50,466 bases of DNA. Source: a virus. Taxonomy: Duplodnaviria; Caudoviricetes. Positions within the stretch are counted from its first letter, which is position 1; the number at the start of each line of letters is the position of its first letter. Location: IMG/VR virus record IMGVR_UViG_3300034781_000002, positions 1-50,466 of that record, one strand, 5' to 3'. Below the pieces are notes generated by a model. It was given only the letters and a program-made list of their open reading frames with translations, was not told the origin of the DNA and made no database searches. The position numbers and the translations under genes were made by a program. Below are positions 8,291 through 17,544 of the stretch, in pieces.

Positions 8291-9190
8291 TCAGTCCAGT
8301 TCGTAGGTGACGCCGTCGATGCCGAGCCACTGCGCGGTGACGTCCTTCGGGGTGAGCGCTTCGAGGTTGCCGGTGGTGCGGATGACCAGCCGGTAGGTGG
8401 CGTGGGTGTTGCCGCTGGTCGCACAGGGCGCGACGAGGTGCCGGTCGTTGTTCGGCCGGTACGCGCTGGGCAGGTTGCCGAGGATGTAGGTGGTGTTCGG
8501 GTCGAACGGGTTACCGGAGGTGCGGGTGAACGCCCCGACGAGGCGGGCGCCGGTGCCGGAACGGATGGCCCGGGGGGTGCTCATGCCGGTGGTCAGGGAG
8601 CCGTCGGAGATGTTCGCGGTGATCGACACGGCCGTGTAGGACGGTCCGAACGCGGCACGCCGCCCGGTGTTGGCGATCACGGCGTTGGAGACGCTGGCGG
8701 CGCCGGGGGCGATGGTGAACGAGCCGAGCTGAAAGAAGTGCGCGACGCCGTCCTGTACGGGGTCGCCGGCTCCGGCGCCGGTGTCCTCGGTGATGACGAT
8801 CTTGCCGTCGTACTGGGTGCCGAGGCCGGTTTTCTGCTTGTCCAGGACGACGAGGAACACCTTGTGCGTTCGGGTCGCGGTGGGGTTGGTGACGAACCCG
8901 GTCAGCGCCACGTTGATGGTGGCGTTGGCGTAGACGATGTAGCGGTCGGAGTTGGCGTTTCCGGTGGTGTCGCCGAGGATCGCGAAGCCGGGCGCGATGT
9001 CGACGGAGAAGTTCGCGCCGGCTGCGCGTTGGGTGATCAGGAACGCGTCGTTGCTGAGGATGCCGGTGCGCGGCCAGATCGCCCCGGCGAGTTGCCGCAG
9101 GGCGAGCGCGTCGTAGCTGATCGCGGCGTCGCCGGATGCGGCCTGCATGAACAGCGGCTTGTTGGGCAGGATGGCGTTGACCGTTGCCTC
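8291..9190 (-). CDS. Minor tail protein (start uncertain)
   Basis: PLFMQ...GANFSVDIAPG typical actinophage minor tail motif; the RBS-spaced codon at 9190 reads GAG rather than GTG, next ATG at 9148. Confidence 0.7.
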   Translation of the reverse strand, partial: EATVNAILPNKPLFMQAASGDAAISYDALALRQLAGAIWPRTGILSNDAFLITQRAAGANFSVDIAPGFAILGDTTGNANSDRYIVYANATINVALTGFVTNPTATRTHKVFLVVLDKQKTGLGTQYDGKIVITEDTGAGAGDPVQDGVAHFFQLGSFTIAPGAASVSNAVIANTGRRAAFGPSYTAVSITANISDGSLTTGMSTPRAIRSGTGARLVGAFTRTSGNPFDPNTTYILGNLPSAYRPNNDRHLVAPCATSGNTHATYRLVIRTTGNLEALTPKDVTAQWLGIDGVTYELD

Positions 9191-10092
9191 GCGCGGGGTC
9201 CTTCCTTGATCGTCAGCCGGCGCTCGCAGAACTGGACCTTGACGCTGCCGCTGGTGGCTTTGTTGATGACGGACTTCTGGCCGCGCTGCCACGTCCAGAA
9301 CGTGGAGCGGTTGAAGTCGATGAGGTGGAACACGCTGCTGGTGGGGTCGCCGTTGAGGTAGGCGGTGCCGGCCTGCATGTCGACGACGGCGAACTCGCCG
9401 GGGGCGAGGGTGAGGCCCTTGAAGGCGAAGGTGTCGCCGTCGTCGGTGGCGACCTGCGGGTCGTTGACCGGGCCGTAGATGGCCAGGACAGGGGCGACGG
9501 GGGCGCTGGTGGTGACGGTGAACGTGACGGTGGGGTTGGTGCCGCTGCCGGGGGTTATCGCGACGGGGGCGGTGATGGGCAGGGTGAACCCGCCGATGAC
9601 GGCGACGGCGGCGGCCGTGGAGGTGAACTCGCGCAGCGGCCCGAGCAGGTAGCCGTCGGGGGCGTTGAAGACCAGTTGCATCTCCAGCATCGCGGCGGCG
9701 CGTTGGCCGTAGCTGATGGAGAACGGGGTGCCGCGCAGGCTCAGGGTCCAGTCGTCGCCGCCGGTGTCGACGGTGGGTCGGCGGATGGTCAGGGTGGGTC
9801 GGCGGCTCGGGTGGGTGAAGGAGGCGAGGCGTTCGGCGTAGGCGTACGGGCTGCCGTCGCCGTCACCGAAGATCAGCAGGTCGAGGGTGACGGTCCGGGC
9901 TCCGGTGAAGCCCGGACCGTCGTAGGTGCCGTCGACACCGTTGCGCGGTGTGCTGGTGATGCGGACCTCGGGGGCGCCGAGGTCCCACTGCCGGCACACG
10001 ATCGGATCCCCGGCGGTGGCGCGGGCGGGGCGGATGACGATGCTGTCGTAGCTGTCGCTGAGCGTCAGCGACGCGGGGACTCGGTACATCAC
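9037..10092 (-). CDS. Distal tail (Dit-like) protein; natural end probably ~9205
   Basis: Directly after the tape measure; WDLGAPEVR...GARTVTL, APVLAIYGP motifs; last ~55 aa are a low-complexity overlap with the next gene. Confidence 0.75.
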   Translation of the reverse strand: MMYRVPASLTLSDSYDSIVIRPARATAGDPIVCRQWDLGAPEVRITSTPRNGVDGTYDGPGFTGARTVTLDLLIFGDGDGSPYAYAERLASFTHPSRRPTLTIRRPTVDTGGDDWTLSLRGTPFSISYGQRAAAMLEMQLVFNAPDGYLLGPLREFTSTAAAVAVIGGFTLPITAPVAITPGSGTNPTVTFTVTTSAPVAPVLAIYGPVNDPQVATDDGDTFAFKGLTLAPGEFAVVDMQAGTAYLNGDPTSSVFHLIDFNRSTFWTWQRGQKSVINKATSGSVKVQFCERRLTIKEGPRARQRSTPSCPTSRCSCRPHPATPRSATTRSPCGNSPGRSGRAPASSATTRS

Positions 10093-13000
10093 ATCCCCCC
10101 CGGCAGGTAGCTGTAGCCGTGGACGATCTCGGCGACCTTGCGTCCGTCCATGTGGATCGGTCGGTTGGACGCCTGAGCGATGTACTGCGCGAGCAGGGCC
10201 AGGTCACGGCGGTCCAGGCGCATCCATCGGCCGTCGCCGAGGGCCTGCTCCTGCTCATGGGTGCGGATGGTTTCGTTGCGGCCGGTCTGGTTGACGGCGA
10301 GGGTGACGCCGGGTGGCAGGATCCCGCCGGTGTCGTACCTGCGGGGCACCAGGCCACCGCCGGCCATGGCGACGTGCAGGTGGTCCTCGTGCTGCGGCCA
10401 CTGGCTGGGGAACCGGTGGTCGCGTCCGCGCCGCACCCCGTAGTCGCGGGTGTCGGTGCGGTGGATCATCTCCAGGATGCGGTCCTTCATGGTCAGGAAG
10501 AACTGGGCGAGGGCGTCCTGGTTGTGCCCGCCGAAGTCGACTCCGCGGCCGGAGCCGTGCCAGCGCGGGTCACCGTCGCGGTAGGTGCTGGTGACCCGGA
10601 ACGGGATGCCCGAGGTGCGGGCCAGTGCGACGATGCGTCGCCAGATCCCGGAGTCGCCGCGCTGCGCGGCCGGCGACGACGGCCACGCCCCGAACCCGCC
10701 ACCGCCGCCGGTGATGAACGGCGCTTCGCGGTTGATGATCGCGTAGGCGTCGCCGAGGCGCTGGTCGTACAGGCCCGGCTTGGCCGAACGTTGCACGGCC
10801 TGTGCGAGTTGCCCGGGGGTCTGGTTGCCCCGGTCGGCGCGCTTAGCCCGGCTGATGAACTGCCGGGTGGCGTACGCGACGTCCATGATCTGCGCGGGGG
10901 TGCCCCATCCCTGGCTGGGGCGTTGTTGCAGGAAGCCCAGCGAGTCCCGGTCGCCGTAGTTGAGGTTGCGCATCCCGGACTCCACGACGCCCGCCGAGAT
11001 GAGGGCGAGCAGTTGCTTGTTCGTGGCTCCCATGGACCGCGCGGTGGCCTCGGCGATGCGGGCGACCTCGATGTCACCGACGGCGGTGCCACCGCCGTCG
11101 AAGAATCCGAGGAGAGCGTCTTTGACCTTCGCGGCGATGGCGGCGATGGTGTCGCCGCCCATCCGCTTGATCGCGGCCCCGGCCACGTTCGTGACGAGGT
11201 TGGGGCCGTCGGCTGCGCGGGTCATGGATTCGACCAGGCCGCCGTCTGCGTAGCGGGGGATCTCCTTGCGGCGGATCTTGTCCATGAACGACACGCCGTA
11301 GTGCTTGACCGCGTCGACGGGGTGTACATACTCGTCGGCGGTCAGCATCGCGGGGATGTTGTCGGCGCGCGGGTGCGGGCTGAACCCGGGCACCCGGCCG
11401 CCGTCGGCGCGGCGCACCGGTTGCGCGCGGGCGCGGACCGCCGGGCGGTCCCCGAGCCCGGTGCGGGCCTGTGGTGCTGCGGCCGGTGTGCCCACCCCGA
11501 AGTTGATGTTCGGGATGGGCTGCACGCCGACCGCGCCGAGTACGGCGTTGAGTCGGTCGATCAGGTTGCGGTCGATCCAGTCCAGGACGGACTTGACCGG
11601 CGCGGCCAGCTTGGCGCTGAGGTTGTTGAACGTGGACACGAACGCGTCGCGGATGCCGGTTCCGGCTGCCGTGAACGTGGCCCGTAGCGGGCCGGTGATG
11701 TTGGTACCGATCCACGTCTGGACCGTCTTGAGCAGGCCGTCCCACTTGGTGGTGAAGCCCTGCCACAGTCCGGCGATGAGGTCGGCGCCGATGGCGGCGA
11801 ACACGGTGGACGGGCTCTGCACGCCGAACAGTTCCTTGACCTTGGCGACCAGGGCGTCCTTCCAGCCGGTCAGCTTGTCGCCCAACCACGACGCCTTCTC
11901 GCTGATGCCCTGCCAGGTCCCGGTGACGGCGTTGACGCCGAGCATTTCTTTGAGGGTGTCTTTGACGTAGCCGCCGAAGCCGGACCAGCCGCCGCCACGC
12001 CCGCTCATCGCCTCGGGCAGGGTGATGGCGAACCAGTGCCGCATGTTGGTGGCGAGCCCGGCCCAGCCGCCGGACCCGGCCGCACCGGGGTTCAGCGCGT
12101 TGGGCAGGGTGATGGAGAACCAGTGCCCGACCCCGGAGCTGTTCAGCTCGAAGGGGTCTTGCATCTCCTCCTTGAACGCCTGTTTGAAGTCCTTGGCGGC
12201 CTTGGCGGCGTCGGCGACCGGATCCCACTGGAAGTCCATGCCGAGCATTTCCATGACGGCGCCGGTGCCCATCGCGACCCAGGCCGCCGGGCCGAGCGCC
12301 GCCATGGCCCCGGTTCCGATGCGACCCAGTTTGCCCTTCCAGCCACCCTTGCCTGCCTTGGCGTCGCCGCCGCCGCCGCCGACGGGCACGGGGGCCGGTG
12401 TGCTGCCGGCGCCGCCCGGCTTGCCGCCGGCCGGCCCGTGGATGTTCACCGTGCCGGCGTGCACGGTCATGGTGGGGATCTTCTTGACGAGCAGGTCATC
12501 GAGGAACTTGAACTTGCTGGTCAGGTAATTGCGGAGGTTGTCGATGCCGGGCAGCTTGACGCCGATGTCGAGGAGCTTGCCGACGGTCTTACTGGCCGCG
12601 AAGATGGCGAGCAGGGTGCCCGCCGCCTCCTTGTTGTCATTGACGACCTTGAGGGTGCCGACGGCGAAGTCCGCGATATAGGTCAGCAGCGTTTTGGTGG
12701 TTTCGGGGTCGATGGTGCCCAGCAGGGCGAACGCCGCGACGTACGGGTGGGCGCCGGCCGCCCGGACGGCCCTGAACGCGCCGATGGAGACAGTCAACTG
12801 GGTGAGCATCTGCGCGATGTCGCCGTACTTGAGGTTGCGGAACTTGTCGAAGAAGTCGCTGATCTGCCTGGCGCCGGCCGGGCTGTTGGCCCAGTCGCCC
12901 AGTTCGGTGATGAACGAGGTGAGCCGCTCCACCAGGTTGTTACCGGTGGGTAGGGCTTCCTTGAAGATCGGCATCACGAGGCGCACGACGGACTTGCCGA

Positions 13001-14984
13001 GGTTGACCCAGCGGGCGAACGCGTCGCCGGCGCGCTTGAACCAGTCCTCCAGCGCGCCGGAGTTGTGAGCGCGTTCGATGAACCCGGAGAACCGTTCCGC
13101 CATGTCCTTGAACGCCTTGGCGAAGCGGGTCGACAGCGGCGCGGCTGCCGCGACGATGCGTGACAGGGGGCGCAGCAGGATCGTCGCGGACTGGCCCCAG
13201 AGCTTGAACGCGGCGGCGTTCTCCTTGCCGACCTTGGCCATGGAGTCGCGGAAGAACGGCTGCTTGCTCAGCGCGCCGAGCCGCGCGACGGTGCGCCCGA
13301 CGATGCCGCCCATGGTCGCGGCCTGATCCGCCATGATGGACAGCGTCGAGTTGCCGTCCTTGCCCCGGTCGGTGATCTCCCGCAGGAACTGCGTGAAGCC
13401 GGGAAGGGTGGCCTGTTCGATCTTGTCGCGCAGGCCTCCCAGGGCGGACCGGTTCTTGTCGACCCAGTAGTACATCGCCTTGGCGGCGGGGGTCATCTTG
13501 GCGATCTCGGCGGCGAGCTGCGCGGCGGCGGAACTGGTGTTGCCGCCGTCGCCGCGCCGCACCCGAGCAAGATCATCCTGCGAGCGGGCCACCGCCGCCT
13601 GCGCGTCGGCGACCCGCAGGTTGGCGTCGGCGAGGGCGAACTGCTGGTCGATGACACGCCGGTTCGCCTCGGCGGCGCGGCGGCGGGCCTCGGTGACCTT
13701 GTCGGAGCCGGCGACGCCCTTGCGTTCGCTGTCGGCCAGCTCCCGGGTCTTCTCGGCCCGCTCGCGCTGGATGTCGCTGACGCGTTCCTCAGCCTCGCGG
13801 ACCCGGTGCGCGGCCTGCTGACGTTGCAGGGCGCTGGCCCAGTAGTTGCTGTTGACCTCGGTCTGCGCGCGCATGGCCTCCTGGACGTCCAGGTTGGCCC
13901 CGGTCTCCTGCAGGGCCAGGTCGGAGACCTGTTCGCGCAGCTCCCGCAGGTCGCGGGCGGCCTCACGGTAGGCGGCGTTGATGTCCCGGCGGGCGCGTAG
14001 CGCGTCGCGCTGGGCGTCGGCCAGGGACCGCTCGCTGTCGGCGACGCTGCGGTTGGCGTCGCGCAGCGCCCGGCGGGCGTCGGCGACCTGCCGCACGGCG
14101 TTGCGCAGGGTCGACCCGTCGTCGGCGTTCGCCGCGTCCCTGGTGGCTTCCTTGCGGACCTGTTCGCGCAGCGCGAGGGTCTCGCGGATGCGCTTGAACC
14201 CGACCACCAGGGCGGTCAGGCCAAGGCCGGCGCCGATGCCGGCGGCGCCGAGCGCGGCGACCGAGGTGGACGCCTGCACGGCGCTGGCACCCATGGCGAA
14301 CAGCGCCGGGGTCATCGCGGTGACGACCCCGTACAGGGCGTTCATGGGCCGCACGCCCTCACCGCCGCGGTCGATGATCGTCGGGCCGTACTGCTTGCGA
14401 CCGACGAACTTGCGGAGGGCGGCGGTGCGGCGCTGCCGGTCTCGTTCGGCGCGCTCCGCGATGCGGGTCTGCGCGGCCTCACTGTCGGCGCGACGTTTCT
14501 CCGCTTCGGCGTACGCCTGCCGTTCGGCGCGGGCGACGGCTTGCTGACGGCCGATGGTGCGGGCAGCGTCCTGTTGGTACGCCTGCTCCCGCAGGTGGTC
14601 CATCTGTTCCTGGTGGGAGCGGTAGCGGCGGGTCGCGCCGGCCAGGCTGCGTTGTAGCGCGCCCTCGTCGACCTGCATCTTGACCTCGAAGGTCTCCGAG
14701 GACAGGCCGAGCTTCGCCGTGTTGATGGCGCGCTGGATGGAGCGGCGCAGGTGGGTGGCGTCGGCCTCCACCTTGACCTTGTAGCGGATGTCGATGTTGC
14801 GTAGTTGGGTGCGCAGGTCGCGGCGGAACCCGCGCAGGTCCGCGACGACCGGGATCTTGGCGGGTCCGATCCCGGTCATCGCGGTCCGCAGGTCCGCCTG
14901 CGTGCGGCGTCGGAAGCCACTGAGGTCCGGTGAGACCCTGACGACGACTTCCTCGATGGGCCGTTCGGCGTCGGCGTCGGGCAC
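10089..14984 (-). CDS. Tape measure protein with C-terminal lysozyme/transglycosylase-like and M15-like peptidase domains
   Basis: 1631 aa, Ala-rich and coiled-coil, after the chaperone; VESGMRNLNYGDRDSLGFLQQRPSQGWG and HGSGRGVDF...HEDHLHVA motifs; DNIPAMLTADEYV. Confidence 0.92.
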   Translation of the reverse strand: MPDADAERPIEEVVVRVSPDLSGFRRRTQADLRTAMTGIGPAKIPVVADLRGFRRDLRTQLRNIDIRYKVKVEADATHLRRSIQRAINTAKLGLSSETFEVKMQVDEGALQRSLAGATRRYRSHQEQMDHLREQAYQQDAARTIGRQQAVARAERQAYAEAEKRRADSEAAQTRIAERAERDRQRRTAALRKFVGRKQYGPTIIDRGGEGVRPMNALYGVVTAMTPALFAMGASAVQASTSVAALGAAGIGAGLGLTALVVGFKRIRETLALREQVRKEATRDAANADDGSTLRNAVRQVADARRALRDANRSVADSERSLADAQRDALRARRDINAAYREAARDLRELREQVSDLALQETGANLDVQEAMRAQTEVNSNYWASALQRQQAAHRVREAEERVSDIQRERAEKTRELADSERKGVAGSDKVTEARRRAAEANRRVIDQQFALADANLRVADAQAAVARSQDDLARVRRGDGGNTSSAAAQLAAEIAKMTPAAKAMYYWVDKNRSALGGLRDKIEQATLPGFTQFLREITDRGKDGNSTLSIMADQAATMGGIVGRTVARLGALSKQPFFRDSMAKVGKENAAAFKLWGQSATILLRPLSRIVAAAAPLSTRFAKAFKDMAERFSGFIERAHNSGALEDWFKRAGDAFARWVNLGKSVVRLVMPIFKEALPTGNNLVERLTSFITELGDWANSPAGARQISDFFDKFRNLKYGDIAQMLTQLTVSIGAFRAVRAAGAHPYVAAFALLGTIDPETTKTLLTYIADFAVGTLKVVNDNKEAAGTLLAIFAASKTVGKLLDIGVKLPGIDNLRNYLTSKFKFLDDLLVKKIPTMTVHAGTVNIHGPAGGKPGGAGSTPAPVPVGGGGGDAKAGKGGWKGKLGRIGTGAMAALGPAAWVAMGTGAVMEMLGMDFQWDPVADAAKAAKDFKQAFKEEMQDPFELNSSGVGHWFSITLPNALNPGAAGSGGWAGLATNMRHWFAITLPEAMSGRGGGWSGFGGYVKDTLKEMLGVNAVTGTWQGISEKASWLGDKLTGWKDALVAKVKELFGVQSPSTVFAAIGADLIAGLWQGFTTKWDGLLKTVQTWIGTNITGPLRATFTAAGTGIRDAFVSTFNNLSAKLAAPVKSVLDWIDRNLIDRLNAVLGAVGVQPIPNINFGVGTPAAAPQARTGLGDRPAVRARAQPVRRADGGRVPGFSPHPRADNIPAMLTADEYVHPVDAVKHYGVSFMDKIRRKEIPRYADGGLVESMTRAADGPNLVTNVAGAAIKRMGGDTIAAIAAKVKDALLGFFDGGGTAVGDIEVARIAEATARSMGATNKQLLALISAGVVESGMRNLNYGDRDSLGFLQQRPSQGWGTPAQIMDVAYATRQFISRAKRADRGNQTPGQLAQAVQRSAKPGLYDQRLGDAYAIINREAPFITGGGGGFGAWPSSPAAQRGDSGIWRRIVALARTSGIPFRVTSTYRDGDPRWHGSGRGVDFGGHNQDALAQFFLTMKDRILEMIHRTDTRDYGVRRGRDHRFPSQWPQHEDHLHVAMAGGGLVPRRYDTGGILPPGVTLAVNQTGRNETIRTHEQEQALGDGRWMRLDRRDLALLAQYIAQASNRPIHMDGRKVAEIVHGYSYLPGGM

Positions 14985-14987
14985 AGC

Positions 14988-15323
14988 TCACCCCACTTCG
15001 ATGTAGCCGCTCTCCGCGGCGGTGCGCAGGCTGGTGGCGCTCTGTGTGACCGTCTCGTCCAGCGACGGGGCGGGCGCGAGCCATTCGTCGATCACGGCGC
15101 GGGCGTCGGTGATCGGTTTCTTGTCGGCGGTGAAGTGGCGTCGGGCGTCCACGTCGGCCTGCGTCGCGCGCAGCTCGGCGATCATGGCTTCCCAGAGCAC
15201 GATGTACGCCTGGCGGGTGCTCAGGCGCTGCCGCTGCGGGACGACAAGGAGACCACGTTCGGCGGCGCTCCAGTTCCGTTCGCACCATGCGGTGAGGAGT
15301 CGGAACTGTTCGGTTGTTTTCCC
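14988..15323 (-). CDS. Tail assembly chaperone, -1 frameshifted C-terminal extension (G-T type)
   Basis: Open -1 frame (GKTTEQFRLLTAWCERNW...) from the slippery site to just before the tape measure start. Confidence 0.75.
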   Translation of the reverse strand, partial: GKTTEQFRLLTAWCERNWSAAERGLLVVPQRQRLSTRQAYIVLWEAMIAELRATQADVDARRHFTADKKPITDARAVIDEWLAPAPSLDETVTQSATSLRTAAESGYIEVG

Positions 15324-15640
15324 GTGAAGTGCTCCATGACCCAGTCGGTGAGCTGGTCCATCTGATCCAGCCCGATCACCGACGCGTCGTCGTCGTCGTC
15401 GTCGCCGTCGTTGTTCAGCAGCGCCACGAACCTCTCCCGGTCCGCCTTGATCAGCACGGCCCGGAAGAAATTCGCGGTCGCCTCCTGCGCGTCGATGGCG
15501 TCGTCGCGCATCTCGGCCATGATCTTGTTCCACTTGCGATACGGCAGCTTCGCGCGCAGCGTGAACTGCTGCCCGCCGACTGTGAAGGTCGGGCGAGTGC
15601 CGACCTTCTCGGCCAACATCGCATCAAAGTCGCGGTGCAT
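15221..15640 (-). CDS. Tail assembly chaperone (G type)
   Basis: Between tail tube and tape measure; ...HFTGK at the slippery site. Confidence 0.8.
   Translation of the reverse strand: MHRDFDAMLAEKVGTRPTFTVGGQQFTLRAKLPYRKWNKIMAEMRDDAIDAQEATANFFRAVLIKADRERFVALLNNDGDDDDDDASVIGLDQMDQLTDWVMEHFTGKQPNSSDSSPHGANGTGAPPNVVSLSSRSGSA
15317..15323 (-). other. Programmed -1 ribosomal frameshift site GGGAAAA
   Basis: X XXY YYZ heptamer in the chaperone gene linking the two frames. Confidence 0.8.
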
Positions 15641-15651
15641 CAGGGTCTACC

Positions 15652-16227
15652 TCACGGGGTTTCGTCGGGGTTGAGGGAGGCGCCGCCCATGATCTTCAGC
15701 AGCTTCGCGCCGCTGGCCGGCTTCTCCAGTTGGAAGCTGGCGGAGATGGTCGACTTGGTGGCGCCCTTGCGGTTCTCCAGGCCCAGGGATCCGCCCTGAA
15801 GGCACTGCCGGAAGATGATGCGCAGGTCGTTGACCAGCGGGTCGGCGTAGGCGTCCCAGCCGATCATCACCCGGGTCTCCATGCCGAGGTCCGGCGGTTC
15901 GAACGACCAGGCGGCGCCGTCGCCGAGCACGATGCCGCCGTTGAACGCGATGTTCAGGTTCCGCTTGGTGACCTCGGCCAGCGCGAACTCCACACTGGCG
16001 TCACGGCCGGTGGTGACGCGGGCGAGGACGTCGAGTTCCTCGGCGACTTCCACGTTGTCGGTGCTGATGCCGTAGTTGAAGGCGGAGCCCTCGTCGGTGT
16101 AGCCCAGCGGGATCCAGCCGGCCCCCCAGGCGGAGTTGACGGTGGTCGGTTCGGCGGTGCCCAGGGCGGCGATGCGCAGCTTGCCCGGCTTGCCGAAGCG
16201 CACCGCTGCGGCGTTGAAGTCAGCCAC
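15652..16227 (-). CDS. Major tail (tube) protein
   Basis: GTG at 16227 with GAGAGGAA RBS; WIPLGYTDEG motif; synteny. Confidence 0.85.
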   Translation of the reverse strand: MADFNAAAVRFGKPGKLRIAALGTAEPTTVNSAWGAGWIPLGYTDEGSAFNYGISTDNVEVAEELDVLARVTTGRDASVEFALAEVTKRNLNIAFNGGIVLGDGAAWSFEPPDLGMETRVMIGWDAYADPLVNDLRIIFRQCLQGGSLGLENRKGATKSTISASFQLEKPASGAKLLKIMGGASLNPDETP

Positions 16228-16245
16228 TTGCGTTCCTCTCAACGG

Positions 16246-16281
16246 AAAAGGCCCCGTCCGCGCAACAGGCGCGGCGGGGCC
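16246..16281 (-). terminator. Intrinsic terminator-like hairpin upstream of the tail tube gene
   Basis: Minus strand GGCCCCGCCGCGC-ctgtt-GCGCGGACGGGGCC then TTTT. Confidence 0.55.
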
Positions 16282-16301
16282 GTGGGGGTGTGCGGGGGTG
16301 T

Positions 16302-16730
16302 TCAGGTGCTGACGGCGGCGATCAACGCGTCCACGACGTAGCGGGCGGTGTCCGACTCGGGGTCGGGCAGCCAGAACAGGTTGATCACTTCGGCGGCGGT
16401 GAGCCGGGCGTCACCGTTGTCGAAGCCGTCGGTGTGGCCCAGCGACTCCAGCTCCGCGACGAGCGCGCGGGCTATGTCGCCGGCCTGTTGGCGTGACCTG
16501 CCCCAGCAGGAGAACCGCATCCGGGCGTAGTCGACGGGCAGGTCCTGGCGGCGGCGGGGTGCACCGCCGACGCGGGTCATGGTCAGGGCGGGGATCGGCG
16601 CGGAGGCGGGCATCGACAGGTAGATCGACACCCCGCCGTCGGTACGGGTGAGCAGCGGTGCCACGGTGCTGGACAGCGCCCACGCCTTCGTCAGGGCCTC
16701 CACGTCGGCGAACCGCACGACGGGTGTCAC
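16302..16730 (-). CDS. Tail terminator protein
   Basis: FADVEAL...RVGG...CWG...WLPDP...RY pattern; synteny. Confidence 0.8.
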   Translation of the reverse strand: MTPVVRFADVEALTKAWALSSTVAPLLTRTDGGVSIYLSMPASAPIPALTMTRVGGAPRRRQDLPVDYARMRFSCWGRSRQQAGDIARALVAELESLGHTDGFDNGDARLTAAEVINLFWLPDPESDTARYVVDALIAAVST

Positions 16731-17038
16731 GACAGCGCCTGCTTCACCGTCTGCATGGCGGTGGCCAGGAAGGGTTGCGGGTCACGGCCGCGGGCGCCGT
16801 ACTCCACGAACATCCAGTAGCGGGCGTGCGCGAGGATCACCACGTCGCCGGTGACGGGGTCGTCGGCGACCGAGAACGACTCGGCGAGGTACCCCGATTC
16901 GCGGGGTGTCGCAGGGCCCATCTCGATCTCCTGGACGATCAGTTCGGCGATCTCCCGGCACCGGTACTGAGTGCGTTGCTCCAGCTCTTGCAGGAACGTG
17001 GACCAACCGTCGGCGCTGGCCATGCGGCGGGTCGCCAT
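16727..17038 (-). CDS. HK97 gp10-like neck/tail component
   Basis: TPRESGYLAES...YWMFVEYG...PQPFL motif. Confidence 0.8.
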   Translation of the reverse strand: MATRRMASADGWSTFLQELEQRTQYRCREIAELIVQEIEMGPATPRESGYLAESFSVADDPVTGDVVILAHARYWMFVEYGARGRDPQPFLATAMQTVKQALS

Positions 17039-17368
17039 TCACACCTCCCCCTCGATGATCTGCAAGCCGCCCTCGATGTGGGGGCCGTAGTCGAGGACCC
17101 AGACGACGCGGTACACCCGTCCGGTGCGCTCGTCCTTGACCAGGTCCCGGTAGTCGATGTCGCAGCGGTCGCAGGTCAGTGCCAGGTCCACCCGTGACTG
17201 CTCACCACCGGCGACCTGTTCGCGGCCGGAAGGCCGGTCCAGCACCGCCCGGACGTGCTCGGCGACGGTGTCCCGGTCGCCCGGTGTGGCACCGCCGTAC
17301 GGCTCGTCGAAGTCGGCGCCGGCCGGGTTGCGCAGGACCGTGATGCGGTGCGTCGCCAGGGGGATCAC
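17039..17368 (-). CDS. Head closure (head-tail stopper) protein
   Basis: GTG at 17368 overlapping the upstream TGA; THRITVLR...DLVKDERTGRVYRV pattern; synteny. Confidence 0.7.
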   Translation of the reverse strand: MIPLATHRITVLRNPAGADFDEPYGGATPGDRDTVAEHVRAVLDRPSGREQVAGGEQSRVDLALTCDRCDIDYRDLVKDERTGRVYRVVWVLDYGPHIEGGLQIIEGEV

Positions 17369-17541
17369 TTCTTGGTGCCGCGCGCCTTCGTCTCGCCGTC
17401 GGTCTCGTCGGCGACGACGTCCTGGCCCTTGTCCACCCGGTCGGACCAGCCGTAGGTCTCGACGGCCTCGTTGGACACGTATCCGCCGGGCAGGGCGACG
17501 ATGGTGAACCCGATGCGGAGGACTTCCTTGGCAATCGGCAT
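17365..17541 (-). CDS. Small hypothetical head-tail region protein (58 aa)
   Basis: MPIAKEVLRIGFTIVALPGG...; fills the gap exactly; below the ORF-track cutoff. Confidence 0.6.
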   Translation of the reverse strand: MPIAKEVLRIGFTIVALPGGYVSNEAVETYGWSDRVDKGQDVVADETDGETKARGTKK

Positions 17542-17544
17542 GAC

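Noticed and set aside
5382-9300. Diversity-generating retroelement or invertible tail-fibre cassette
   Set aside because: No reverse transcriptase, no template/variable repeat pair and no inverted repeats around tail genes were seen; the only site-specific recombinase is a full-length integrase
15381-15412. (GTC)n trinucleotide run, also at ~944-960
   Set aside because: Simply encodes poly-Asp tracts in minus-strand genes; no sign of a phase-variable or regulatory role
15221-15640. Chaperone -1 frameshift as a novelty
   Set aside because: Real, but a well-known conserved feature of long-tailed phages; listed as a feature only
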